64,000 bases of DNA from the NCBI GenBank assembly GCA_963827655.1, contig CAWHCF010000008.1:96001-160000 (forward strand), written 5' to 3'. A program made the position numbers and the translations under genes. The notes below the pieces were generated by a model that saw only the letters and a list, made by a program, of their open reading frames with translations, searched no databases and had not been told where the DNA came from. Below are positions 1 through 8,914 of the stretch, piece after piece (within the stretch, counting starts at the first letter, position 1; each line of letters opens with the position of its first letter). The stretch comes from an uncultured Acidobacteriota bacterium (GTDB lineage: Bacteria; Acidobacteriota; UBA6911).

Positions 1-157
1 TGACGAGATCCGCGAGCTTCACGGAGACAAAGGGGTCTGGCGGCTGCTCGAAGCCCATCCGGAATGGGTGCGTGAGGTTGAGATGAATCTTCCCTCCCCG
101 GCGGACATTAACCGGTGGGAGGATTACGCAAAGTTAGCCTCGACGACAGAACTCTAG
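1..157 (+). CDS. C-terminal end of a MocA/MobA-like nucleotidyltransferase (partial, runs off the window start)
   Basis: Frame 2 reads DEIRELHGDKGVWRLL...PADINRWEDYAKL, stop TAG at 155-157. The GDxG and D-I-x-x-x-E-D-Y motifs match Moco nucleotidyltransferase C-termini. Adjacent to coxG and xdhC. Confidence 0.7.
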   Translation, partial: DEIRELHGDKGVWRLLEAHPEWVREVEMNLPSPADINRWEDYAKLASTTEL

Positions 158-166
158 TCATCATCC

Positions 167-748
167 ATGCAAGTCAAGACCACGAAGACATTTCAGGTCG
201 AGGCGCCAGTGGCGCAGGTGTGGGAATTCCTCAAGGATCCACGGAAAGTGGCCGCGTGTGTTCCCGGAGCTCAGATCACGGAGGCACTGGACGATCGCCG
301 CTACGCCGGAACCATCACAGTGAAAGTAGGTCCGGTCGTGTCCGACTACAAAGGAGAACTGAGCATTGAACGTCTTGATGCGCAGAACTACGAGATCGAA
401 CTGCTGGGCAAAGGCCGGGACGTCAAGGGGAAGGGGAGCGCTTCGATGAAAATGGCCGGAAAGCTTCGCGCGCTGCCCGGCGGCGGAACTGAAGTTACCG
501 GCACTTCCGAAATCAGCATTATCGGTGTGCTGGCCCAGTTTGGCTCACGGATGGTGGAAGAAGTGTCCAGCCAAATGTTTGGAGAGTTCACGGCCGCTCT
601 TCAGAAGAATCTGCAAAAAACAGGAAATCCGGCAACCGCATTACCGTCAACATCGCTCAGCGCTCTTCCTTTGCTCGCCACTGCCACAACAAGAATTATC
701 CAAAAATTCTTTCGGAGACTCACGGGACGCAGAGTCGAGCCTCTATAG
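167..748 (+). CDS. coxG: CoxG / SRPBCC family protein
   Basis: VWEFLKDPRKVAACVPGA, ITVKVGPV and GVLAQFGSRMV motifs typical of CoxG. Confidence 0.85.
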   Translation: MQVKTTKTFQVEAPVAQVWEFLKDPRKVAACVPGAQITEALDDRRYAGTITVKVGPVVSDYKGELSIERLDAQNYEIELLGKGRDVKGKGSASMKMAGKLRALPGGGTEVTGTSEISIIGVLAQFGSRMVEEVSSQMFGEFTAALQKNLQKTGNPATALPSTSLSALPLLATATTRIIQKFFRRLTGRRVEPL

Positions 749-758
749 TGGTTGAAGC

Positions 759-1913
759 ATGAACGAAATCGTCGAACATTTATCAAAGGCATCTCGAACT
801 TCGGGCGGAGCTTGTCTGGCTACCGTGGTCGGGACGGAAGGCACAGCTCCACGGAAAGAGGGTTCGCAGATGCTGGTCGTTGGAGACCATACTCTTGAGG
901 GAGCGGTGACTATCGGCGGATGCGCAGACTCCCAGGTCATCGAGGCGGCGCAAGAGGTAGCTCGTTCCGGTCGTCCTCAGTTGCTCAGAGTCGAGCTCGG
1001 TGAAGAAGATGCCCTCGAAATCGGACTGACCTGTGCTGGAGTTCTCCGCGTGTTTGTCGAGCCGGCGGAGGCGTTCCGGTCCGTGCTCACGGATATCGAG
1101 TCGCTCCTGAGTGCGCGAGCCACGTTCGCGCTGCTGACCGTAACTCAGTCCAGTCTTCCTTCGGTAGCGCTTGCTGATAAGTCCATCGTGACGGCGAAGG
1201 GGGATTTGCTGGGTTCTCTCGGTCGTGCTGATCTCGACCAGGCTCTCTTGAGCGTAACGAAGGACCTTCTGTCAAAAGGCATCTCCCGAACGGTGTGGCT
1301 GGATGCCAATTGCGCGGCGGTGGCAACGCCCGAGCGATCTTTCGTGGAGGTGTTCATCGATACGATCGGTGACGGTCCGGATCTCTATGTGTTTGGTGCG
1401 GGCCAGGTGGCGGTGCCGATAACGAAGCTCGCCAGCCAGGCCGGTTTCCGTGTCCATGTGGTCGATAGCAGGCCGATGTTCGCACATCCGGAACGTTTTC
1501 CAACCGCGACCGAAATTCTCGTTGGGATTCCTGGAGAGATCGCGCGGCAACGCGAGTTCACGGAATCGAGTTTCGCGATACTGGTGGCGCATGCCGCCAA
1601 ACATGACCTTCCGGTTCTCGAGGCTCTGCTCCACTCAGAGGTCCGGTACATCGGGATCCTGGGTGGCGCACGGCGCGCCGCCGCATTGAGCGCGAAACTC
1701 AAGAGTCTCGGTTTTACGGATCGCGACATCGGCAGGCTTCACATTCCTGTTGGGTTGGACATCGGCGCGGAGACCGCCGAGCAGATCGCCGTGGCCGTGG
1801 TCGCCGAGTTCATGATGGTTCGCAGCGGGAGGTCGGGCAAGAGCTTACGGCTGGTGAGAGGGTCTGCCGCGTCTTCGGAAAGCGTGATGCAAGGCCAGGG
1901 AGTGGACGTTTGA
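759..1913 (+). CDS. xdhC: XdhC/CoxI family Moco insertion/sulfuration chaperone
   Basis: LATVV..GTAPRKEG, GLTCAG, Rossmann FGAGQVA, YIGILG and PVGLDIGAETAEQIAVAVVAE motifs. Confidence 0.9.
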   Translation: MNEIVEHLSKASRTSGGACLATVVGTEGTAPRKEGSQMLVVGDHTLEGAVTIGGCADSQVIEAAQEVARSGRPQLLRVELGEEDALEIGLTCAGVLRVFVEPAEAFRSVLTDIESLLSARATFALLTVTQSSLPSVALADKSIVTAKGDLLGSLGRADLDQALLSVTKDLLSKGISRTVWLDANCAAVATPERSFVEVFIDTIGDGPDLYVFGAGQVAVPITKLASQAGFRVHVVDSRPMFAHPERFPTATEILVGIPGEIARQREFTESSFAILVAHAAKHDLPVLEALLHSEVRYIGILGGARRAAALSAKLKSLGFTDRDIGRLHIPVGLDIGAETAEQIAVAVVAEFMMVRSGRSGKSLRLVRGSAASSESVMQGQGVDV

Positions 1914-2296
1914 GCGTCTATCCGTCGACTATTCTGGAGCACGCAAAGCATCCGAGAAAACTTGGAAGGATCGTCTCTCCCGATGTGTCGGTCGAGGAGG
2001 TCAATCCATTATGTGGAGACCGGATACGGGTCGAGCTTCGATTCGACGAAAACGGCATCGTCAAAGAAGTTGGATTCTCCGGTGAGATGTGTGCTATCGC
2101 CAAAGCTTCGGCCTCACTTCTCCTGATGTCGGTCGAAGGAATGACAAGAGCCGCCGTAGCGGCAATCCCTGACAGCCAGGTTTTGCGGAACCTGGATGAG
2201 CCAATTCGAAGCAACAGAATCAAGTGCGCTCTGTTGCCGGCCGCTGCCTTGAGAGGCGCCGTTCGGAGCCGGGATGGCTGCGGAAAAACCCCTTGA
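1910..2296 (+). CDS. IscU/SufU/NifU-N family Fe-S scaffold or sulfur-transfer protein
   Basis: NPLCGD, MCAIAKASAS and RIKCALL supply the three conserved Cys. TTG start overlaps the xdhC stop. Confidence 0.85.
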   Translation: MSVYPSTILEHAKHPRKLGRIVSPDVSVEEVNPLCGDRIRVELRFDENGIVKEVGFSGEMCAIAKASASLLLMSVEGMTRAAVAAIPDSQVLRNLDEPIRSNRIKCALLPAAALRGAVRSRDGCGKTP

Positions 2297-2330
2297 CCCG
2301 GTGTCGATTCACGCAGATTGTCCGATCTAA

Positions 2331-2563
2331 GGGCTCGCGCAGAAATAACTTCACATTCTGGCGCGAGAATCGGTGGTCAATCATGAACCGGTTTTCGTTC
2401 GCTAAGCAGGCTGAGGATCGCGCCCCTTCGGGCTGCGGCCCGCAGGCCCGCTGGCTTTGTTGCTCGCTCCTCACGTACCGCACCGGGTACGCATCGTCGC
2501 TCGCGCCTCGCCAGCGGGCCTGGGGGCCTGCAGCAGAATGCGAACCTATTTCTGCGCGAACCC
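2331..2563. mobile_element. 233-bp MITE, copy 1
   Basis: Terminal inverted repeats GGGCTCGCGCAGAAATA / TATTTCTGCGCGAACCC, flanked by TAA on both sides. Near-identical copy at 5344-5576. Confidence 0.9.
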
Positions 2564-2618
2564 TAAGTGTGGCGACCCCAAATACGAGTTCCGACATGCG
2601 ATGCTTCCTGATTCTCTC

Positions 2619-4175
2619 TCATAGACATCGCAAGAAGGCTACAAGGTCCTTTTTGTCCTCCCGCGTCAGCCTCAGTTGAAAGATCAGATTGAAAAACTCA
2701 ACTGTGTCTTCCAGTGTGAGCAGTCGTCCATCATGGAAATAAGGCGGCGAATCTTTGATCCCGCGCAGCGAAAACGTCTTGGCTTGCCCTTCCGCACGCC
2801 CTGGATAGAATTCTTCCACAAACAGATCATGCATCGTATTGTCCGTGTAATAGGGAGGCGCATGACACTGGTGGCAATTGGCCTTGCCAAAGAACAGCTT
2901 TTCTCCTCGGAGCTCTGACTCTGTTGCCCTGGTCGGATCTAACCGTGCGAATCGGTTCAGCTTCGGCGCTGGTGGGAACGCAATGATCGAGTTGAAATCG
3001 CCCATCCTGTTTGTCGATACTTTGTCAAGCTGCCGACCTCCAATTTGGGGCTGCAGTCCAATGTCGCCGTCAAAGTACTCTTCGACTTCGGCGAAATGAT
3101 CGGTCGAGCGTATCGAGCGCTTGAGACTGAAAATCTCGTAGATATGGTTGCCACGAAGACTTGGAGTGTCCAGTCGAACCCGTGCCAGAGTGGGCCTGGT
3201 GCTTGGATCCACTACAATGGCGCCGTTGCTGTGACCGTTGACGTGGCAGTCAAGGCAGGCCACTCCACGGATCGGCTCTCGTGTAAGACGGTGTTTAGTC
3301 TGGTTAAACCACGTTGTGGGGAATTTTGTCACCAGTAGCCGCAGCCCCTCCATTTGTTCAGGAGTGATGACCCCGTCGAACAGCTGGCGGAAGTTGGCCT
3401 GAGTGATTTCATGCCCGCGCGATACATCGCCCAGGTCAGGCCGCGTTGTAAGGAACAGCGGCGGCGGGAACTCAGGAAGATACTCATCTGGAAGGTCAAA
3501 TTCCACGTCGAACCTTTCGTGCTCCGGGTGCTGTTTGGTCCAGCTGTGCGGAAAGAGCATGTGCGCGGTCGAATGCAGCGGGTGAGCCAGGGGCCGAAAC
3601 CCTTCAGGAAAAAGGTCTCGTTGGTAGATTTCCCGAGACGACAGGTTCGCCAGCTCTTCCCAGCTGTTGATCGTCTGCGGCAACCGCGTCACCGGACCGA
3701 CAGGGATCGGCTTTCTTCGCGACATCGTCACTTCTCGATCAACCGTGCGGGTGAGGGTGTAGCGTCGCTCCAGGTATGTTTTCCATCGCGCCATCACTTT
3801 CGGCTTCTGTTCACTCAGTCTGCGACAGAACTCGTCGAAGTCCGCTACGTCATCGATTGAAGCGAAGGACGAGATGCCGACACCACCATAGCGATACAAA
3901 TCGACGGGCGTAATATCACCTACGCTAAGGACGGGGAAGGGCAACAGCGCTTTGCCTACCGGTTGATACTGTTGATAGGGCCGCTCCCAGTCTGAATCAT
4001 AAGCAGCTGCGGTATCGGGCATCAGTCGGTCATTAGAGATCTTCGACTTGCCGTTTGATTTGCTTTTCTCTTGCGCTGATATCTTTGCCGTTAGCCAGCC
4101 TCCCACCTGTATTAGACCTATAACACTGAACGCCATTAATACGGCCAGGTTCACAATCTTTGATGGTTGACTCAT
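2619..4175 (-). CDS. Exported di-heme c-type cytochrome, cytochrome c peroxidase/MauG-like superfamily
   Basis: Two CxxCH motifs (CLDCH, CHQCH), DTPSLRG and SPPYFHDG motifs, N-terminal hydrophobic segment. ATG at 4175 has a GGAG ribosome-binding site. Confidence 0.8.
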   Translation of the reverse strand: MSQPSKIVNLAVLMAFSVIGLIQVGGWLTAKISAQEKSKSNGKSKISNDRLMPDTAAAYDSDWERPYQQYQPVGKALLPFPVLSVGDITPVDLYRYGGVGISSFASIDDVADFDEFCRRLSEQKPKVMARWKTYLERRYTLTRTVDREVTMSRRKPIPVGPVTRLPQTINSWEELANLSSREIYQRDLFPEGFRPLAHPLHSTAHMLFPHSWTKQHPEHERFDVEFDLPDEYLPEFPPPLFLTTRPDLGDVSRGHEITQANFRQLFDGVITPEQMEGLRLLVTKFPTTWFNQTKHRLTREPIRGVACLDCHVNGHSNGAIVVDPSTRPTLARVRLDTPSLRGNHIYEIFSLKRSIRSTDHFAEVEEYFDGDIGLQPQIGGRQLDKVSTNRMGDFNSIIAFPPAPKLNRFARLDPTRATESELRGEKLFFGKANCHQCHAPPYYTDNTMHDLFVEEFYPGRAEGQAKTFSLRGIKDSPPYFHDGRLLTLEDTVEFFNLIFQLRLTREDKKDLVAFLRCL

Positions 4176-4221
4176 ATTTTTCTCCGCGTAGTAGTCAAGC
4201 CGGAAAGGAACGGATTCCTTA

Positions 4222-4468
4222 GTACTGCTGTTCGCAATTACGGCAACGTATTCGGAGTGCGCGCTGGAATTTGGCGATTTCGCGGGCGCGGCAGCAAGCT
4301 GCCGCAAGACAAGGCGCAGCAAGCTTGCGCACTCCAAAGACGTGGCCTTGGAGTGCGGTAGCTTGCTACCGGCTTAGTTTGGCGAAGTTTGCTTCGCCGT
4401 GCGCGACCTCAGTTTGCACACCCAAAAAGCCACCAAGAATACGTTACCGCATTTATGAAACCGCGTAC
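4222..4468. mobile_element. MITE-like element A with REP-like hairpin interior
   Basis: Imperfect ~32-bp inverted ends GTACTGCTGTTCGCAATTACGGCAACGTATTC and GAATACGTTACCGCATTTATGAAACCGCGTAC, flanks TTA/TCA. Interior has GGAGTGCG..CGCACTCC and GCGGCAGCAAGCTGCCGC palindromes. Confidence 0.65.
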
Positions 4469-4945
4469 TCAGTTTGTTTTGCCGATCGGGTCTCCGGCGG
4501 TGACACCGGAAGGAAAGGTCGCGCCGTCAACGACGCCCTGATACCGGACGACCTGGTCCGGACCTATCGAGAAAGAGAACCGTCCAAGGCCAGGCGCCCC
4601 CGGTGATGCGATAAAGCCGAAGGAAGTCGGAGGGTTGCCGTCTATCGTGGTCCCGAGAACATCACCGGGCGCATAGGTGTATCCATTGATCTGGCCGGTG
4701 GTACCGAAGCGGGAATCCAGATAGTTACCTTTCACCAGCGTGGCGATGTCGGCGTACTGCTGGTTGTTTGTGGATGCATATGCGATCTCGGCTGACGCGA
4801 TGGTCCGGCAGCCCTGAATCGCGCCGGCCTCATTCGCGGCCTGCTTGGAGGTCTGCAGGTTCGGAATGGCGATAGCGGCCACAATCGCGATGATCGCCAC
4901 GACAATCAAAAGCTCAACCAGCGAAAAGCCTTGATCATTCTTCAT
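4469..4945 (-). CDS. pilA: Type IV pilin with prepilin N-methylation site
   Basis: MKNDQG|FSLVELLIVVAIIAIVAAIAIPNL class III signal with Glu at +5. AGGAG ribosome-binding site. Downstream of pilC and pilT. Confidence 0.85.
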   Translation of the reverse strand: MKNDQGFSLVELLIVVAIIAIVAAIAIPNLQTSKQAANEAGAIQGCRTIASAEIAYASTNNQQYADIATLVKGNYLDSRFGTTGQINGYTYAPGDVLGTTIDGNPPTSFGFIASPGAPGLGRFSFSIGPDQVVRYQGVVDGATFPSGVTAGDPIGKTN

Positions 4946-5050
4946 TCTTTCTCCTCTACTTGGGTGCATGCATCGACTGGACGCAAGCGGCGTTGGGTTT
5001 TTGATCGCGGCCTCTGCATTTGGTTCCGTTGTCTCCTGTCTTGGTGCTTA

Positions 5051-5340
5051 GTCGACTGGTTCATAAATACGCTAACGTATTGGGCAGAGCCTGTACGAGT
5101 CGGCTCTGTTTTTGCCTAGGGCCGAAGGCCCGTTAGTGAGTAGCCCCGCCCGTCAGGGCGGGGTCTTCAAGACCCCACGGACACGAGGTCCGAAGGACCG
5201 GCACTCCGGCTGTGTCGCACCTTCGGCGCTCTTCTTAACGCCCGCCCAATCCCGGCCTTACGGCCGGGCCTACTCTCTGTCGGCCTTTCAGGCCTCAACT
5301 GCTTCAAAATACGTTAAAGCGTAATTGCGAACAGCAGCAC
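5051..5340. mobile_element. MITE-like element B (same end family as A, opposite orientation) with a different REP-like interior
   Basis: Ends GTCGACTGGTTCATAAATACGCTAACGTATT and AATACGTTAAAGCGTAATTGCGAACAGCAGCAC, flanked by TTA/TTA. Interior hairpins GGGCCGAAGGCCC, CCCCGCCCGTCAGGGCGGGG, GGTCCGAAGGACC, CCCGGCCTTACGGCCGGG, GGCCTTTCAGGCC. Confidence 0.7.
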
Positions 5341-5343
5341 TTA

Positions 5344-5576
5344 GGGCTCGCGCAAAAATAACTTCACATTCTGGCGCGAGAGTCGGTGGTCAATCATGAA
5401 CCGGTTTCTGTTCGCTAAGCACGCTGAGGATCGCGCCCCTTCGGGCTGCGGCCCGCAGGCCCGCTGGCTTTGTTGCTCGCTCCTCACGTACCGCACCGGG
5501 TACGCATCGTCGCTCGCGCCTCGCCAGCGGGCCTGGGGGCCTGCAGCAGAATGCGAACTTATTTCTGCGCGAACCC
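5344..5576. mobile_element. 233-bp MITE, copy 2
   Basis: Same length and TIRs as 2331-2563 with only a few substitutions. Flanked by TTA/TTA; the right TTA is the pilC stop codon. Confidence 0.9.
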
Positions 5577-6791
5577 TTAGTATCCGCCAGAGAGCACCTG
5601 GATGAATCTGAACAGCGGCAGATACATGGCAATTACGATTCCGCCAACGATCATGCCCAGTACCACCAGCAGGAAGGGTTCCACAATTGCCAGTAAATTC
5701 GCCGCCACGGTATCAACATCCTCCTCATAATAGTCCGCAACCTTCATGAGCATGGCATCGAGTTGGCCGGTCGACTCCCCCACCGCGACCATCTGGGTTA
5801 CCATAGCGGGAAAGAAATTTGACTCTCGCATCGGATCAGAGATGGTCTTGCCTTCCTCGATGCGCCGTCGGATTCTTTTTACCACGTCTTCCAGGATTGC
5901 GTTCCCGGCGGTTCTGGCCGTGATGTCCAGGCCTTCGAGAATTGGGACGCCGCTCGACAAAAGAGTCGCCAGTGTGCGAGTAAATCGCGCGACCGCGATC
6001 TTCCGGAATATCGATCCAATGACAGGGATCGCAAGCAGTAGGCCATCCGCTGCGCGCTTGCCGTTTTCGGTGCGGTAATAGCCCCTACAGCCGAGCCCGA
6101 CCAGAACAGAGGCCGCGGCGATCAAGAAGAAGTAACTCTCAATGAAACCGGAGGCGGCGATTACCATACGGGTCAGGAGCGGGAGTTCGACATGAAATCC
6201 CTCAAACAGCGTTCGGAAGACGGGAATGACCTTCCACAGGATGACGATAACGACCACAATGGCAATGAAGAGAATCACCGAGGGGTAAATGGCAGCCGAC
6301 TTGAGCGCGCTCTTCAGCTTCACGATTTTCTCGGTGAAGATAGCCAGGCGCTGCAGGATAGCATCGAGGATACCGCCGGCTTCACCGGCGGCAATCATGT
6401 TGGTGAACAACGAATTGAAGACATGCGGGTGGCGGGCCATCGCGTCAGCCAGGGTTGATCCCGCCTCGACGTCCGATCGCACCTGTTCCAGAGTATTCTT
6501 GAAGTTCGTGTCGGTATGCTGCTGGGCAATCGTCTTAAGGCATTGAACCAGAGGAAGTCCCGCATTCAGCATTACCGAGAACTGCCGCGCAAAGATGGCG
6601 AGCTCAGCCTGTGACAGCCGCCGGGTGAAAGCCGGACGAAATCCCTTGGTTCGCTTCTCGCGAATAGATATGGGCGCAACCTGCTCGCGCCGCAAAACAG
6701 CGGCCAGCGCCTGAGGGCTGCTGGACAATCGCTCTCCCGCAACACTCTCATTGGTTCGAACGTGTCGTCCGCGAAACACGTATTGTGGCAT
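5577..6791 (-). CDS. pilC: Type IV pilus platform protein PilC (GspF family)
   Basis: FARQFSVMLNAGLPLVQCL, AGEAGGILD, VGESTGQLDAML and IAMYLPLF motifs. Confidence 0.95.
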   Translation of the reverse strand: MPQYVFRGRHVRTNESVAGERLSSSPQALAAVLRREQVAPISIREKRTKGFRPAFTRRLSQAELAIFARQFSVMLNAGLPLVQCLKTIAQQHTDTNFKNTLEQVRSDVEAGSTLADAMARHPHVFNSLFTNMIAAGEAGGILDAILQRLAIFTEKIVKLKSALKSAAIYPSVILFIAIVVVIVILWKVIPVFRTLFEGFHVELPLLTRMVIAASGFIESYFFLIAAASVLVGLGCRGYYRTENGKRAADGLLLAIPVIGSIFRKIAVARFTRTLATLLSSGVPILEGLDITARTAGNAILEDVVKRIRRRIEEGKTISDPMRESNFFPAMVTQMVAVGESTGQLDAMLMKVADYYEEDVDTVAANLLAIVEPFLLVVLGMIVGGIVIAMYLPLFRFIQVLSGGY

Positions 6792-6805
6792 GTTGTCTGA
6801 CTTGT

Positions 6806-7942
6806 TTACCGAGTAAAGCCAGGCGTGGGTTCAGGCACTGGCCGCGAGGGATTGTGTAGAAGGTGCATGCCTGCACCGTGTTGGATCAGCTCTTTCAACT
6901 CTTCTGGACTTGAAGATTGGCTCAGAGCGGCGTTCAGAGTTATCTGTTTCGTCCCGGCCAGGTGCGCCAAGGATTGATTGAACGTCAGCATTCCGTACTT
7001 CTGTTGGCCGGTCTGCATCATGCCGTAGATCTGGTGGATCTTGTTTTCCCGGATCAGGTTTCGAATCGCCGAGTTGGCGATCAGGATTTCCATCGCCATG
7101 CAGCGACCGGACCCAGTGGAGCGCGGGATCAGCGCCTGGCAAATGATCGCTTCCAGAACCATGCTGAGTTGAGTCCGGATATGGTTCTGTTGGGCGGCCG
7201 GAAACAGGTCAACGATTCGATTCATGGTCGAAGCTGCGGTGTTGGTGTGAAGAGTGGCCAGGGTAAGATGCCCGGTTTCGGCGATCCTCAAGGCAGATTC
7301 GACCGTCTCAGGGTCGCGCATTTCGCCGATCAAAACAACGTCAGGATCCTCCCGGAGGGCCACTCGGAGCGCCGCCGGGAAGGAGTGCGTGTCACAGCCT
7401 ACCTCGCGCTGGTTGATGATGCAGTTCTTGTGACTGTGCAGGAATTCGATGGGGTCTTCAATGGTCAGGATGTGCGCAGAGCGCTCCCGGTTAATCTTGT
7501 CGATCATGGCCGCAAGTGTCGTCGACTTTCCGCTGCCGGTTGGACCTGTTACAAGAATGAGACCGCGAGGTCTATCGCATAGCTTCTCGACTACCGGAGG
7601 AAGGCCGAGGGCCTCGAAGCTCTTGATCTCGAAGGGAACCGCTCGAAAGGCACACGCCACCGCGCCGCGCTGCCTGAAGACATCGGCCCGAAAGCGTGAC
7701 AGCTCTCTGACGCAAAATGCAAAATCCAGTTCCCGTTTTTCTTCGAAGGCTTGCTTCTGCGCATCTGTCATGACGCCGTACGCCAGGCTCTCTGTATCGG
7801 CTGCCGTCAGGGGAGTCGACCCGAGGGGCCGCAACTTGCCATCCACTCGGATTTGCGGCGGCGTGCCTATCGTCAGATGAAGATCCGAACCTCCGGAGTG
7901 GATTACTTCCTCCAGCATTTCGGCTAATGTCAGCATCAACAA
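6806..7942 (-). CDS. pilT: Type IV pilus retraction ATPase PilT
   Basis: GPTGSGKSTTLA, TIEDPIEF, ALREDPDVVLIGEMRD, AETGHL and AIRNLIRE motifs. Confidence 0.95.
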   Translation of the reverse strand: MLMLTLAEMLEEVIHSGGSDLHLTIGTPPQIRVDGKLRPLGSTPLTAADTESLAYGVMTDAQKQAFEEKRELDFAFCVRELSRFRADVFRQRGAVACAFRAVPFEIKSFEALGLPPVVEKLCDRPRGLILVTGPTGSGKSTTLAAMIDKINRERSAHILTIEDPIEFLHSHKNCIINQREVGCDTHSFPAALRVALREDPDVVLIGEMRDPETVESALRIAETGHLTLATLHTNTAASTMNRIVDLFPAAQQNHIRTQLSMVLEAIICQALIPRSTGSGRCMAMEILIANSAIRNLIRENKIHQIYGMMQTGQQKYGMLTFNQSLAHLAGTKQITLNAALSQSSSPEELKELIQHGAGMHLLHNPSRPVPEPTPGFTR

Positions 7943-8073
7943 CCTCGCGAGCGAAATTCCTCAGTCGTGGAAGTGCTCGTGTTCATCGATACGGTGACGT
8001 ATTTGCGACTGACTCTGCGGCAGCGCCGGGACCCGAAGATTGACATCGGCAGGAGCACAGATCGGCGTGCGGT

Positions 8074-8245
8074 GTGCCGTTGCAAGTGCGGCAGGCTTCG
8101 CCCCGGAACGTCTGTATCGGCCCGGCTTCTTCAGGTGAAAACCCGATGTCTATAAGTGTCTGAATCGGGGTTTTTATTTCAACTTTACACTCGCTGCGCA
8201 TTCTTTGGATCAATCGTTGGGACAGACGAAATAGACGGACGTGGC
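8074..8245 (-). pseudogene. Duplicated internal fragment of pilB
   Basis: Direct repeat of 16354-16526. I count 12 mismatches over the first 147 bp. Encodes ...ECKVEIKTPIQTLIDIGFSPEEAGPIQTFRGEACRTCNG. Confidence 0.9.
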
Positions 8246-8289
8246 GCCCTGGCCTGCCGTCCAATCTCTCCCGTGGTGCGGGAGGCGGG

Positions 8290-8914
8290 CTGCGGCAGAA
8301 CTCCGCGAATCTTACGATTTCACTGGGTATGGCCGCTGAGAGGTATCCGAGTGACGCGATCACCGATGTCTGGGCGCGGTACGTGAAGAACAATCAGTCT
8401 CCCGACGGCCGCTGGAAGTGTATCACGCTGCGGCCTCCACTCGAGTCGAGCGACTTTGAAGTGACGGCGGCATCCATCCGATCGGTACGGACGTACGGCC
8501 CGAAGAGCCAGCGGGCAGAGTACGACAAGGCCGTGGAGCGCGCGGTTCGCTGGCTCGAAAGGGCGCAACCGGTAAGCACGGAGGATCATGCCTTCAAGGT
8601 CCTCGGCTTGATCTGGGGCGGGGGAAGCCAGGAGGCGATCCGCATGAGCGCTGGCTACCGATGCCTATGCGACCGGGCAGGCTCTTGTCGCGCTGCAGGA
8701 GTCTGGCATCATTCCGGTGAGTAGTTCGAATTATCAGAGAGGCATTCAGTATCTGTTGAACTCACAGCTCGAAGACGGCTCCTGGTACGTCAGGACGCGG
8801 GCACCGGCCTTCCAGCCTTACTTTGACAGCGACTTTCCGCACGGGCCCGATCAGTTCATTTCCGCCGCCGCGAGCAACTGGGCTTCGATGGCGCTGGCGA
8901 CTGTCGTGCGCTGA
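8290..8914 (+). pseudogene. Truncated, internally deleted prenyltransferase/squalene-oxidase-repeat (QW-motif) protein
   Basis: QSPDGRW, TDAYATGQALVAL (other frame) and QLEDGSWYV..QPYFDSDFPHGPDQFIS. No N-terminus; frame break near 8650. Confidence 0.7.

Noticed and set aside
2619-4945. Pilin next to a cytochrome as a conductive-pilus system
   Set aside because: The pilin is full-length rather than the short type, the cytochrome has only two hemes, and a mobile element separates the genes.
5104-5119. GG-N10-GC on the minus strand upstream of pilA as a sigma54 promoter
   Set aside because: It lacks the TTGC and GGCAC context and lies inside repeat element B.
2331-5605. Repeated small ORF MNRF.FAK.AEDRAPSGCGPQARWLCC... 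as a peptide gene
   Set aside because: It lies within the MITE, reads out into different flanks in each copy and loses its start in copy 3. There is no evidence of coding selection.
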